Shown here in pieces: positions 1-11,279 of a stretch of DNA of 64,000 nt (its first letter is position 1; the number at the start of each line of letters is the position of its first letter). Origin of the DNA: Azolla caroliniana (taxonomy: Eukaryota; Plantae; Polypodiophyta); NCBI GenBank assembly GCA_043228905.1, contig JBHGNT010000021.1:13020001-13084000 (forward strand), given 5' to 3'. The notes under the pieces were generated by a model. That model did not search any database, was not told the origin of the DNA, and saw only the letters and a list, made by a program, of their open reading frames with translations. The translations under genes and the position numbers were made by a program.

Positions 1-2175
1 TGCCATGCCTGCTATGCTCCACGACGAGGCTTACGAACCAAACCTGGAGTCAATATAAGAACTAAACAGAGCACGAGCAGCGTTCGAGAGGGAAATGGAA
101 ATTTCACGACGGGTCACTGCCTCAGCCCTGGAAGAAGTAAACGTGGGTACGACGTCAGAACCCCGATTCCTCTCCATCGCAAAAGAATTACTGCCGGATC
201 AGGGAGACGTGATGATAGCACTACTCAGGAACTATAAAGATGTGTTCGCCTAGTCCCATAAGGACATGAAGGGGCTAGATCTGAAGTTCTATGAACATAA
301 GATCAATTTAGCGACCGATGCAAAACTGGTTCAGCAGCGTCGATACCGCATGAACCCAAACTACGTGGCTCGTGTAAAAGAAGAAATTGACAAACTCCTT
401 AAGGTTGGATTCATACGACCAGTCAAACAAGCTACATGATTAAGCCCGATAGTAGTCGTACCAAAGAAAAATAGCAAAATCCGTGTATGCGTGGACTACC
501 GGAAAATGAACGCCGTAACCATTACTGACGCATTCCCTTTACCGTTCACCAATAGCGTACTGGATGCCGTCGCAGGGCATGACATGTACAACTTTTTAGA
601 TGGCTTCAGTGGGTACAATCAAGTACGCATGCACCCCGACCAAGAGAAGACGGCGTTTGTCACGGACTGGGGAGTCTATGTCGCAATCATCATGATGTTC
701 GGGCTAAAGACGACGCTAACTACATTTCAACGGACAATCACGGAGATTTTTGGGGAATATATTCCGGCCTTCATGCAAGTTTTTTTAGACGATTTTGCAG
801 TATATGGGACAACAATCGACCATTTTACGCATCTGCAACTTTGCCTGGAGCGTTGCTGAACCACACGCTTAAGCTTGAATCTCGCCAAATGCGCCTTCGG
901 CGTTACCAGCGGGGCTCTCCTTGGCCACATCGTCAGTAAGGAAGGGACAACGGTCGATCCGAATAAAATCTTCGTGATTACTCATGCGAAAAGACCGACA
1001 AACGCGAAAGCACTCAACCAGTTTTTGGGACAAATACGATGGCATAGTCGGATGATACGCTACTTGGCGAACTTCGCCACGCCGTTACATGCCGCCGTTC
1101 ATCGGACTCCTTTCAAATGGACAACAACGGAAAAGAAGGCATATGATGCGCTAAAGGTAATGCTAACACAGGCACCCGTCGTACAACCACCAGTTTGAGC
1201 GAAGCCATTCCACGTGTTCGTAGATGCCTCAGATATAGCAATAGGTAATGTGCTAATGCAGCTCACGGAGCCGAATTGGTACCGGCCAGTGTACTATGAT
1301 AGTCAGAAACTATTAACAGCGGAGCGTAACTATTCCACAACGGAACGTGAGGCATTGGGGATGATATACAACATCAATAAGTTTCGGCATTATCTACTAG
1401 GGTGGAAATTCACATTTCACGTGGATCATTCGGCATTGTTATATTTGGTAGGGAAACAAGCGCTGACAGGGAAATTGGCTAGATGGATGCTGTTGCTTCA
1501 GGAATTCAACTTTGTAATTCTGGATCGGTGGCTGATGGAAATGACCTACTTCTTGACCACGGGGTTACCGCCACCCCAATTACGGATGGACGAGAAAAAA
1601 CGGCTAGCCGTATGAAGTTGAAATTTTTGTTTAGTAGAAGACATACTATACCACAAGGGCAGTGACGACATCTGGAGGCGCGGAATACGACAAGATGAGA
1701 AGGCCGCGGTTCTACGCGAAGCCCACTATGGTACGGTGGGAGGATATTACGCGGGTGATGTTATGGCCCGGAAAATTTGGCAAGCAGGACTTTGGTGGCC
1801 GATGACGCAAAAGGACGCGTATGCATATTGCAAACAGTGTGATTTATGCCAATGACTGGGCCAGCCCACGGAAGTCACAAGAATGCCACATCAACCAGTG
1901 TTGCCACTAGATCCTTTCCAAAAGTGGGGGTTAGATTTCGTGGGACCCTTTACCCCGGTGGCCACTCGAACAGGTAATAGGTACATCCTGGTGGCTACAG
2001 ATTACTATACCAAGTGGGTAGAAGCAAAACCACTACGTGAGAATACTGCGACAGTCACGATGAAATTCCTTTATGAACACATCTGGTGTCGTTTCGGCTG
2101 AACTATCAAGCTCATTAGTGACCAAGGGAGTCACTTTCTCAATACGGTCATCAACGAATTGACCCAACATTACGT
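1..2175 (+). pseudogene. Degenerate Ty3/gypsy pol of element G (RT, RNase H, N-terminal integrase)
   Basis: ORF fragments with FLDGFSGYNQ, VFLDDF (RT), VDASD and ERNYSTTEREAL (RNase H), WGLDFVGP (integrase). Many stops, and an apparent deletion near 1518. Interrupted at 2176. Confidence 0.95.
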
Positions 2176-2985
2176 TGTCGTGAAGAATTTCGGCCAGAAG
2201 TGGAAACCGGGGAATATCGGCTACATCGGCGGAGTGCACCATGTGCACTCACCCTCATATAATTATGTGAATAATAGGAGTTAAGTCGGGACAAAGAATC
2301 CCATGTAAATCGGGATTTATCCCACATTGTAACGCATCCCTCCCCTTGTTCTATAAAAGGAAGGGATGGTCCCTTGTAGAGGGGTTGCCCATTTTGTATT
2401 AGTAGGGTATACTGTTAGATGGAGAGACGTTCTCTCTCTCTCTCTCTCTCGCTTGTTTTAGGGTTCTTCTTCTTGCTCTCCTCTGCTTCTTCTTCTTCGT
2501 CCTTCTGTGCATCGAGCCTTGGCATCTAGCGTTCCGGTTTTCTGCCCTGTACTCTATGCAAGACCCCGCTCGGCTCGACAAGCCTGAGAGCTCCCCGACC
2601 GGCGCCATGGCAGTAGACAACGGTTGTATCTCATGCGACCTAGGTCCGGCTTGAAGTCGGTGTTGAATCTCGTTGTCTTGTAAATACACATACATTGGGA
2701 TGTGCATATTCGGGTCTCTGTTGGTGTGCGTGTGTGGGTCTTAGTGTTTCTTTATTGCTTATGTACATGTTCGTGCGAGAGTCAATGTTGCGTGCCTGCT
2801 CTCTCTATCGCACTCCCTTCGGTTGCTTCCGGTGTGAATCCGGGGTGCCTCGGAAAGGGTGAAGCACGACTTCCTACGCTCCGTCACTCCCTAGTCCAGG
2901 ACCCCCGTGGTCCCGCTTTTCTCCACGCACGCGCGTAACAACGCGACATATTTGGTGAACCTGACGTGAAAGGCGGCGAGGGAGG

Positions 2986-3939
2986 ATGGAGTCGGAAGAC
3001 GACGACCTTGCGGAGATGGTGGCCGAAGTGGTGTTGGAGTCTGCACGAGTGGTGATGAGGCGAGAAGAAGCGCAACAAGTGGTTGAGCGAGTGGTCGAAA
3101 GAGTCGGCCGTTTCAACGGGGACAAAGTCCCATCTTACTTGGAAGCCTACAATGCGAAAATGGAGGAGCGAGACGTGGACGAAGCGTTGAGGCTGGAGTT
3201 CTTCGGTCGGGTTGTCGCCGTCCGTATGCACGCAGAAGTGAAGGAGCTCCGAGAAGCTCATAGTTCGTGGGAGGCCTTTGAAGAGGCGCTCCGGCAGGCA
3301 TATGGAGCACGACGGAGGAGCCGAGGATGACACGACTTCGACCAGTGGGTAGCGTCGGCAAAGACCCACCGGGGCGCAACGAAGGCGTTCCGAGAGTTTG
3401 AGCGACGACTTGCTCGGCTCCTGGAGTAGGAACAAGGTTTGGTGGGGGCGAACAAAGTCCTATTGTTCGTCAGGTCGATCGACCGAGCGGAACGGGAGGC
3501 CATCGGGATTGAGCTCGAAGACGATGACGGAGCGAATGGGCTTACAGAGGACTGGTCGAAGGTCGGAAGGGTGTGCCAAAGGATAGACAATGAGCGAGTA
3601 GAGAAGGGTAAGAGGAAGGCGTGCGACGACATGCCATCACAACGGGAAGAGGCCGAACGACAAAGAGAGTCAGCAAGGGTCGGCGTTGGGGCCAGGATTG
3701 CGGAGGCGTACGTAGCTCTCGAGGCGATGCTCGAGGAAGAGGAAAGGACGAGGCCGCAAGCCGAGACTGAGGAGATGGACTTGCCCCGCGCGATGGCGGA
3801 AGGTCGGTACGAGGGTACCACAGGAGAGGGTGCGGAACAAAACGCCCTCTCGACTTGCAGAGCTAGAACGGCCAAGGACGAGGCCGAGATACCGATTGCG
3901 GAATCAGAGAGTTGGGACCAGCGGTTTCGGGCATGTTAG
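2986..3939 (+). pseudogene. gag-like ORF of element A (in-frame stops)
   Basis: VVERVGRFNGDKVPSYLEAY, KVLLFVRS and GLTEDW align with the N-terminal Gag of B and C (IGRF...YL..Y, RVLLFVKS, GLTTDW). Confidence 0.85.
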
Positions 3940-6050
3940 CCCGAAACCCCGGACATCAGAGAAGCAAGCCCAGGCAGGGCTTGCGCGATCGGTAAGGAGA
4001 CGACCGCCGACCACGAAGAGCCGGTGGCTACGGACAAGGGCGTAAACCGGACGGGCGATTCTTTGAGCCTTCCCACACTTGCTCCCGAGATGATGGCCTT
4101 TGGGCCCGAGTGCCCACGTGAGTCCCAAGCGGAGGAAGGTGGCGGCGAGAGACAAAGAATCACCGGTGAGACGATACGGGGAAGGAACGGACGAAAGCCC
4201 CCGGACCCGATTCCGGAGAACTCAGCATTTGGGCCCGTATGCCCATGTAAGACCGAGGAGATGGATGGTGGTACCGAGGAGTCCTGGCACGATGCCAGCG
4301 AAGATGGATGGGAGATGGCCAACGAAAAGGGCGAAGTAGAGACCAAGGAATGGCCCGACCGGGGACCGAACCGCATGACGCTCCGATATGGGTGGAGCGT
4401 AATCCGGTCGTGGATTGTTCGATCGGGGCCAGATTTGGCATAAAGGTGCCGATACGGGAGAGGGTGGGGAGAAAGACCAATCGGGCGAAGGTCAGGAATT
4501 GGAAGGAAGGTGATCGAAGGTTCGGAACGAGTCTGGCAAGGTCGGCATTAGAGCCGAAACTCCGGACATTGGAGAATCAAGCTCAGGCGGGGCTTGATTT
4601 ATCACAGAGCGGATGCTATCCACCAACACCACTAAAAGGGACGGTGGCCCGGACGAGTCGCCGAAAGACTATGAGAAATCAGTTACGCCACATCCTATCC
4701 GGAGACTGCGGCTGTTGGGCCGATGGGGCAACGTAAGACCGAAAAAGATGGAAGATGGAGGCGGGAACGCAACAAGGAGAGCGACGACGAGTTCGGGAGA
4801 AGTATAGGAGAATGAAGGGCGGTCCCATGGAGTTCCTTACACCGATCCGGCGGTCGGCCCGAGTGCGGCGTGAGTCCTATAGGAGAGATCGGTGGCGACA
4901 GGAGAACGGGACCCGGCAATCCAGAGAACGACGGACGGACCCGGACGAGAACCGGGCAGAGCGGACTTCCGGAAAACCATTCCGGGGAGGAAGAGAGCAG
5001 GCCTACGAAGAGGCTGGGAACACGGTACGTCGGTACCACAGGAGAGGGTGTGGAGCGAGCCACCCTCTCGACTTGCAAAAGAAGGAAGACCCGGGATAAG
5101 GGTCGAGGATAAGAGGAGCCCAAGGAGGATCCTTCACACTGGTTCCAGAGACTCCGGCGGTCGGCCCGAGAGTTGGCGTGAGACCTAGAGTGACGATCGG
5201 TGGCGGCGAGGGGATGAAGGCAAAGAACTGACGGCGAGCAAACTAGGGTCCCACGAAGATCCTCACACTGACCCGACGGTCGGCCCGAGAGCCGACGTGA
5301 GTCCTATAGGAAAGGACGGTGGCGGTAGGTGAACGTGTTCGGATGACGGAAAGTGGAGAAGGAAGGTATTAGGTCGGCAAAGCGGCTACGAACCAAATCG
5401 GACTGACTGGCAAGGTCACGAGCATAAGGAAGTCCAGTCCTACGGGATCCCCACACCGAACCAAGGACTCCGGCAGTTCGGCCAACATGGCAACATGAGA
5501 CCAAGAGAGAAGGTTGGTGGTGGTGGGAAACGGGACCCGGCAACACGAAGGCATGAACCGGCTACGCGGAATACACGAGGAGAGTCGCGAAAGACTCTGG
5601 CGAAAGACACCCGAATTACGGCAAGCAGAGAAATGGAGTCCGGTCCTCTGGGACCCTCACACCGATCCGGAGACTCCGGCAGTTCGGCCAACGTGGCAAC
5701 GTGAGAACTAGGGAGAAGGACAATGGTGGCAGGGAACGGGACTCGTCGACACGAGATAACAGATCGGGAGTCGGTAAGACGGGGGCGGACGAAGTGCGAA
5801 ACCCTTACCAACCGGTTACGGTTTCGGAAGAAGCAGGTACGGGCAAACACGGGGAGGTGTGTCGGGCCAGAAAGGCACACCTGGGTCGGCACAAGAGTCT
5901 CGCATGTGGCCATCGTGGGCCGGATCGAGGCGTGACTACGGGATGATGTTCGGCACGGGCGGTGCTAGAAGTGAGCGGGACCTTCCACACCCATTCTAGA
6001 GACCTCGGCGGTTGTGGATCAATGTGAGACCGGAGAGACGACGGGTGGCG
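3800..6050 (+). repeat. Degenerate dispersed/tandem repeats in the interior of element A
   Basis: Recurring block like CACACCGA..GACTCCGGC(A/G)GT(T)CGGCC..GTGAG(A/T)C. The block GGTACCACAGGAGAGGGTG..CCCTCTCGACTTGCA occurs at about 3813 and 5032. Confidence 0.7.
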
Positions 6051-8000
6051 GCGAGGAGTCAGAGGCTGAAGCGGACAAAGTAATCAGAACGGGTATCCGG
6101 TATGAGATGATGGACGAGCGGGTCTAGGATGGCGAGCCTGAGTCGGAACGGGCTACGGCAACAAAGGAAGAAGTGGCCGACGCGAAGGTCGGGTTTACGG
6201 CGAATGAAGGGCGTAACACGAAGCATGCATTACAGTCGGTGAAGGGCCCAAGAACGAGCATGCATCCGAGAGAGCTACAACGAGCGACTGGCAACGGCGG
6301 ACCGGTTGAGCCTTTGAGAGGCAAGCATACGCCGAAGAGCGGAGCGTGAATGCGGCCGAACCAGGGCCAGCGGAAGTACGCGTGCTACGGAGATCGCGGC
6401 GAAGGACCCGTCAACGGGTCGAACGAGCCTACGGGGAGGTGAGCGCGAAGGAAGAACCGAAGCCGACGGTTCAAACTGGCAGCGAGCCGGGATGCGGACT
6501 ACGGAAGACCGGTTTCTCACTGGCCGAAATCTCTCACCCTTCACTAGATTTAGCACGTACCGGTGGACGTGCGGTTTGGTGGGGGCGGATGTCGTGAAGA
6601 GTTTCGGCCAGAGGCGGAAACCGGGGAATATCGGCTACATCGGCGGAGTGCACCATGTGCACTCACCCTCGTGTAATTGTGTGAATAATAGGAGTTAAGT
6701 CGGGACAAAGAATCCCATGTAATTCGGGATTTATCCCACATTGTAACACATCCCTCCCCTTGTTCTATAAAAGGAAGGGATGGTCCCTTGTAGAGGGGTT
6801 GCCCATTTTGTATTAGTAGGGTATACTGTTAGATGGAGAGACGTTTTCTCTCTCTCTCTCTCTCTCTCTTGTTTTAGGGTTCTTCTTCTTGCTCTCCTCT
6901 GCTTCTTCTTCTTCGTCCTTCTGTGCGTCGAGCCTTGGCATCTAGCGTTCCGGTTTTCTGCCCTGTACTCTATGCAAGACCATGCTCGACGCGACAAGCC
7001 CGAGAGCTCCCCGACCAGCGCCATGGCAGTAGACAACGGTTGTATCTCATGCGACCTAGGTCCGACTTGAAGTCGGTGTTGAATCTCGTTGTCTTGTAAA
7101 TACACATACATTAGGCTGTGCATATTCGGGTCTCTATTGGTGTGCGTGTGTGGGTCTTAGTGTTTCTTTCTTGCTTATGTACATGTTCGTGCGAGAGTCA
7201 ATGTTGCTTGCCTGCTCTCTCTGTCGCACTCCCTTCGGTTGCTTCCGGTGTGAATCCGGGGTGCCTCGAAAAGGGTGAAGCACGACTTCCTACGCTCCGT
7301 CACTCCCAAGTCCAGGACCCCCGTGGTCCCGCCTTTCTCCACGCACGCGCGTAACAACGCGACATATTTGGTGAACCCGACGTGAAAGGCGGCGAGGGAG
7401 GATGGAGTCGGAAGACGACCTAGTCTGCCGTGAGCCCTTCGTCCGTTTCCAATAGGGGACCCACCTTTTCCCTGTCGAGCGTGTCCACCGACTTGACAAA
7501 CAGTAGTACTCGACTTGTTTCAAACACCATCCAGTCCAGCGTTGACAGTCGCACGAACCATTTTTCGAACTCTTGGAGGAGCACGGACGTGTTCCTCCCC
7601 TTTCCGGGGCTTTCCACCCACACCATGAAGTCCCGCCTCGACAACCGAAGCGAGTCGTCAAACCCGTACTTATCGAGGAGCTGCACCTCAAACTCCTCCC
7701 AAGTCTGGGACTCGGCCAACACCTCGAGCACCTCCGCGTGGATGCCCGACGTCACCACCCGAGGGAATCCGGGCAGTTGCCTGTCCACCGAGATATCCCT
7801 CATGATCATTTTGGCCCGGTAAGCCTCCAAATAACTTGTGGCGTCTTTCCCTTCGAAACGGCCTATAGAGCCGATGATCGATTTAATGGCTCTGTCGAGG
7901 GTACCCGTCCCCTCACGAGCGCTCACCAGCCGGTCGACGGCCACCACCATTGCCTCTGCTAGCTCCGATCCTCTCATCTTTCGACTCCTTTGCTGTCCCG

Positions 8001-8018
8001 TTCACGTCGGGTTCACCA
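8001..8018 (-). promoter_or_regulatory. tRNA-Trp primer binding site (also at 2953, 7369, ~9046, ~21336, 22061, ~29418, 53666)
   Basis: Plus strand reads TTCACGTCGGGTTCACCA, which from recall equals the 3' 18 nt of plant cytosolic tRNA-Trp(CCA). It lies 3-4 nt from the LTR end. Confidence 0.85.
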
Positions 8019-8081
8019 AAGAAGTCGCGTTGTACGCCCGTGCGTGTAGAAGGGGCGGGACCACGGGGATGTTGAACTGAG

Positions 8082-8128
<47 letters not shown>

Positions 8129-11100
8129 AGATACGCGAAGTGAAAAGGAGAGATATAGAACGTGGCACTCGATTTCAATAACAAAAGTTTACAACGACAA
8201 GAGAATACAATAACAAGAGAATACAAGAGAATACGACTCTAACGGTTACAACCGGCAAGGCTGCAATGGACCTAACACGGTGATCCTACTCACACACACA
8301 AACAACACTCGCTCGACACCACGTTGTTCGATGCCGACCCCGACTCTGGCCAGATTCGGGTCTCTTCTTTCCTACCGGCCGGCACCGATACTGGCTCCTC
8401 GAGCCTCCTCCCTGGGACAGGCCCCGGCCCCGACGATCTTCTGTCGCTCCAATCGCGCCGTTTGTCGAAACGGCTGCAGACCCGTTTTACCATGGCCCAG
8501 TCTTCCGTGAGCCTTTCGTTCGTTTCCAATAGGGGACCCACCTTTTCCCTGTCGAGCGCGTCCACCGACTTGACAAACAGTAGTACTCGTCTTGTTTCGA
8601 GCATCGTCCGGTCCAGCGTTGACAGCCGCGTGAACCGTTTTTCGAACTCCTGGAGGAGCACGGACGTGTTCCTCCCCTTTCCGGGGCTTTCCGCCCACGC
8701 CATGAAGTCCCGCCTCGATAGCTGAAGCGAGTCGTCAAACCCGTACTTGTCGAGGAGCTGCAGCTCGAACTCCTCCCAAGTCTGGCTCCCGGCCAACACC
8801 TCAAGCACCTCCGCATGGATGCCCGACATCACCACCCGAGGGAATCTGGACAGCCGCCTGCCCACCGGGATATCCCTCATGATCATTTCGGCCCGGTAAG
8901 CCTCCAAATAACTTGTGGCGTCTTTCCCTACGAAATGGCCTATAGAGCCGACGATTGATTCAATGGCTCTGTCGAGGGTCGACGGCCACCGCCATTGCCT
9001 CTGCTAGCTCCGATCCTCTTATCTTTCGACTCCTTTGCCGCCCCGTTCACGTCGGGTTCACAAAGATGTCGCATTGTTACACGCGTGTGTGTAGAAGGGG
9101 TGGGACCACGGGGGTCTTGAACCGAGGAGCGAGAGAGAGAGAGAGAGAGAGAGAGACTTGTAGATACCCGAGGCGAGAAGGAGAGATATAGAACGTGGCA
9201 CTCAATTTCAAGAACAAGAGTTTACAACGACAAGAGAATACAAGAGAATACGACTCTGACGGTTACAACTGGCAAGGCGGCGATGGACCCGACACGGAGA
9301 TCCTACTCACACACACACAGACAGCACTCGCTCGACTCCCAGAAACAAAACCAAAAAAAAGGGGGGGGGAGAGCCTCTGCTGGAAGCACACGGGCTGTCC
9401 ACGAAGTAGAGGCAGTGAGCTTCCGACGCACAGAGACAGAGGAGAAGAGAGAGCTTGGCACCGAGATCTGTAGCAACACTTTGTCGTCCCTAGCGCACCA
9501 TCCCCCTGTTCCTTCCTCCTCTGTCTCCTTAAAAAATAGTTCCCCAAAAGGGGGTGCCCCCTTTTCCTTAGCCAAATTGCTTTATTCCCTGTCCCTTTCG
9601 ATAGAGATACGCATAAAATCCCCTAATAAATGTACATTATCTAGTATTTACACCAGTCGCCTTAATTACGAATTATGTACAATATTTCAATCCTCGTGTC
9701 CACTCGTGTAAGAGCCGGTTCATGCACCTTTTTCTTCGATTCCGCCTATGGCCAGTTTTCTTCACGACATCCACCCCCACCAAACCGCGCATCCACCGGC
9801 ATGCGCCAGAGACGGGTAGAAACCGAAGAAAACCGGCTTCACTCGTCATTCTCCGATTCTCCGCCGGACCCGAACTGATCGTCGTTGTTACTCTCGCTTG
9901 CCGGCTCCGGCTTGTCTTCGAACTGCTTCTTGAACTCTTTGATTCGCTTCCCGGCCACCGGCACCGCTAACCGTGTACCGTCGAGTTCTGCAAGGTGGTA
10001 CACGCCGTTGTTGTTCACGCTCATCATCGTGTAGGGCCCGGGCCCGAACCATCTCCTAGCGAACTTTCGCACCGCCTTGTGCTGATTGTCAAGGCTGCTG
10101 TCGTTTACCAAGACCCAGTCGCCTTCCTCGATCTTCTTTGGTCGCAACCGGTGTGTCCGGTTGAACCGGGTCTTGTTCCGCTCCCTTGCTGCTCGCAGCT
10201 TTTCCTTCGCCTGTATCACGCCCTCTGGCCTCCGCTCGAGTTGCCGAATCCGCGCCGCCAGCAACTCCTCCCGGCTCATTTCGTCCTTCCAATCTACCGC
10301 CGCCCATGAAGAAACCATCCGTTCCACCGGCATGATCGGCTTCTGTCCGTACGTCAGCTCTGCCGGCATAAACCCTGTCACTGAGCTGTGCGTAGTTCGG
10401 TCCGCGCACAGTGCGTAAGGAAGGAGTCACGGCCAATTCCCGACCTGCTCTCCTCATGCACGCACCAACGCCTTTACGATCGGCCCGTGCCCACATTCCA
10501 CCTTTCTGTTCGCCTCCAGATTGTACGCCGTAGTGAGGGAGAGTTTGATGCCTAGCCGGTCGAACAGCTCCTCAGCCTCCTGCGCATCCAGCTCTCCCCG
10601 GCGCCACGATCCTCCCGACGTACCCGTACCGACACACTACTTCTTCGATCAGGAACCGACATATCGCCGTCGTTGTCTTGCTTTGCAGTGCACGACCTTC
10701 CACCTGGTTCGTTAAGTCTTCCCGTGCAAGCACCAGGTATCGCATCTGTCCTACCCCCATCGGCATCGTCACCAAGTCTACCATCCACTTGAAATGGACC
10801 GTAGGTGGGTAGGTCAGGTGTAGCTCGTCCCGGTGTCGGACTACTCAGTGCATCTGACAGCTTTTGCAAGTCGTTACGAACCGATGCATGTCCTGGTACA
10901 ACCCTGGCCACCAGTACTTCTCCTTCAGCTTTTCAAACGTGGCCCACGTTCCGCGGTGTCCGGCCCAGGGGCGCTTGTGAAATGCTGCCAATAATTTCCC
11001 CTGTTCTTCTTTCTTTGCCACTACTCGGAGTGGGATGCCGCTCCTCTTCTTTGGGTGCCTCCATATGCACCCGTCCCACAGGAAGAATCGGTACGCCTTC

Positions 11101-11279
11101 TTTCATACCTGGTTCGCCTCCTCTCTCGCCCATGCTGCGTCCGGCGTCATCGTCCGTAGGAACCTCCCGATTTGGAGCCATTGCCCGTCGTACCTGCTTT
11201 CATCAAATTCGTTAAGCGCCGGAGTGTCGCTTTTCCTCGTCGTTACATTAGCCGACCCGAAGAAGTCCTCGCCGACTTC

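Larger units (their letters stand above)
2176..7364 (+). mobile_element. Element A: non-autonomous gag-only LTR retrotransposon of the Trp-primed Ty3 family
   Basis: LTRs 2176-2948 and 6590-7364 (TGTCGTG...CGCGACA). PBS TGGTGAACCTGACGTGAA at 2953-2970, PPT GGTGGGGGCGGA before 6590. No RT or integrase motifs inside. Confidence 0.93.

Noticed and set aside
3113-6741. Many overlapping 60-200 aa ORFs inside A, and 49593-52344 inside D
   Set aside because: GC-rich repeat DNA with few stops. No motifs, and frames are not conserved between A and D.
8001-8018. tRNA gene
   Set aside because: Only the 18-nt 3' end including CCA is present next to an LTR, which makes it a PBS.
8300-8330. Back-splicing as the origin of the gag-to-LTR junction in B
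   Set aside because: The junction does not fall on the nearby GT and AG; three extra bases remain.
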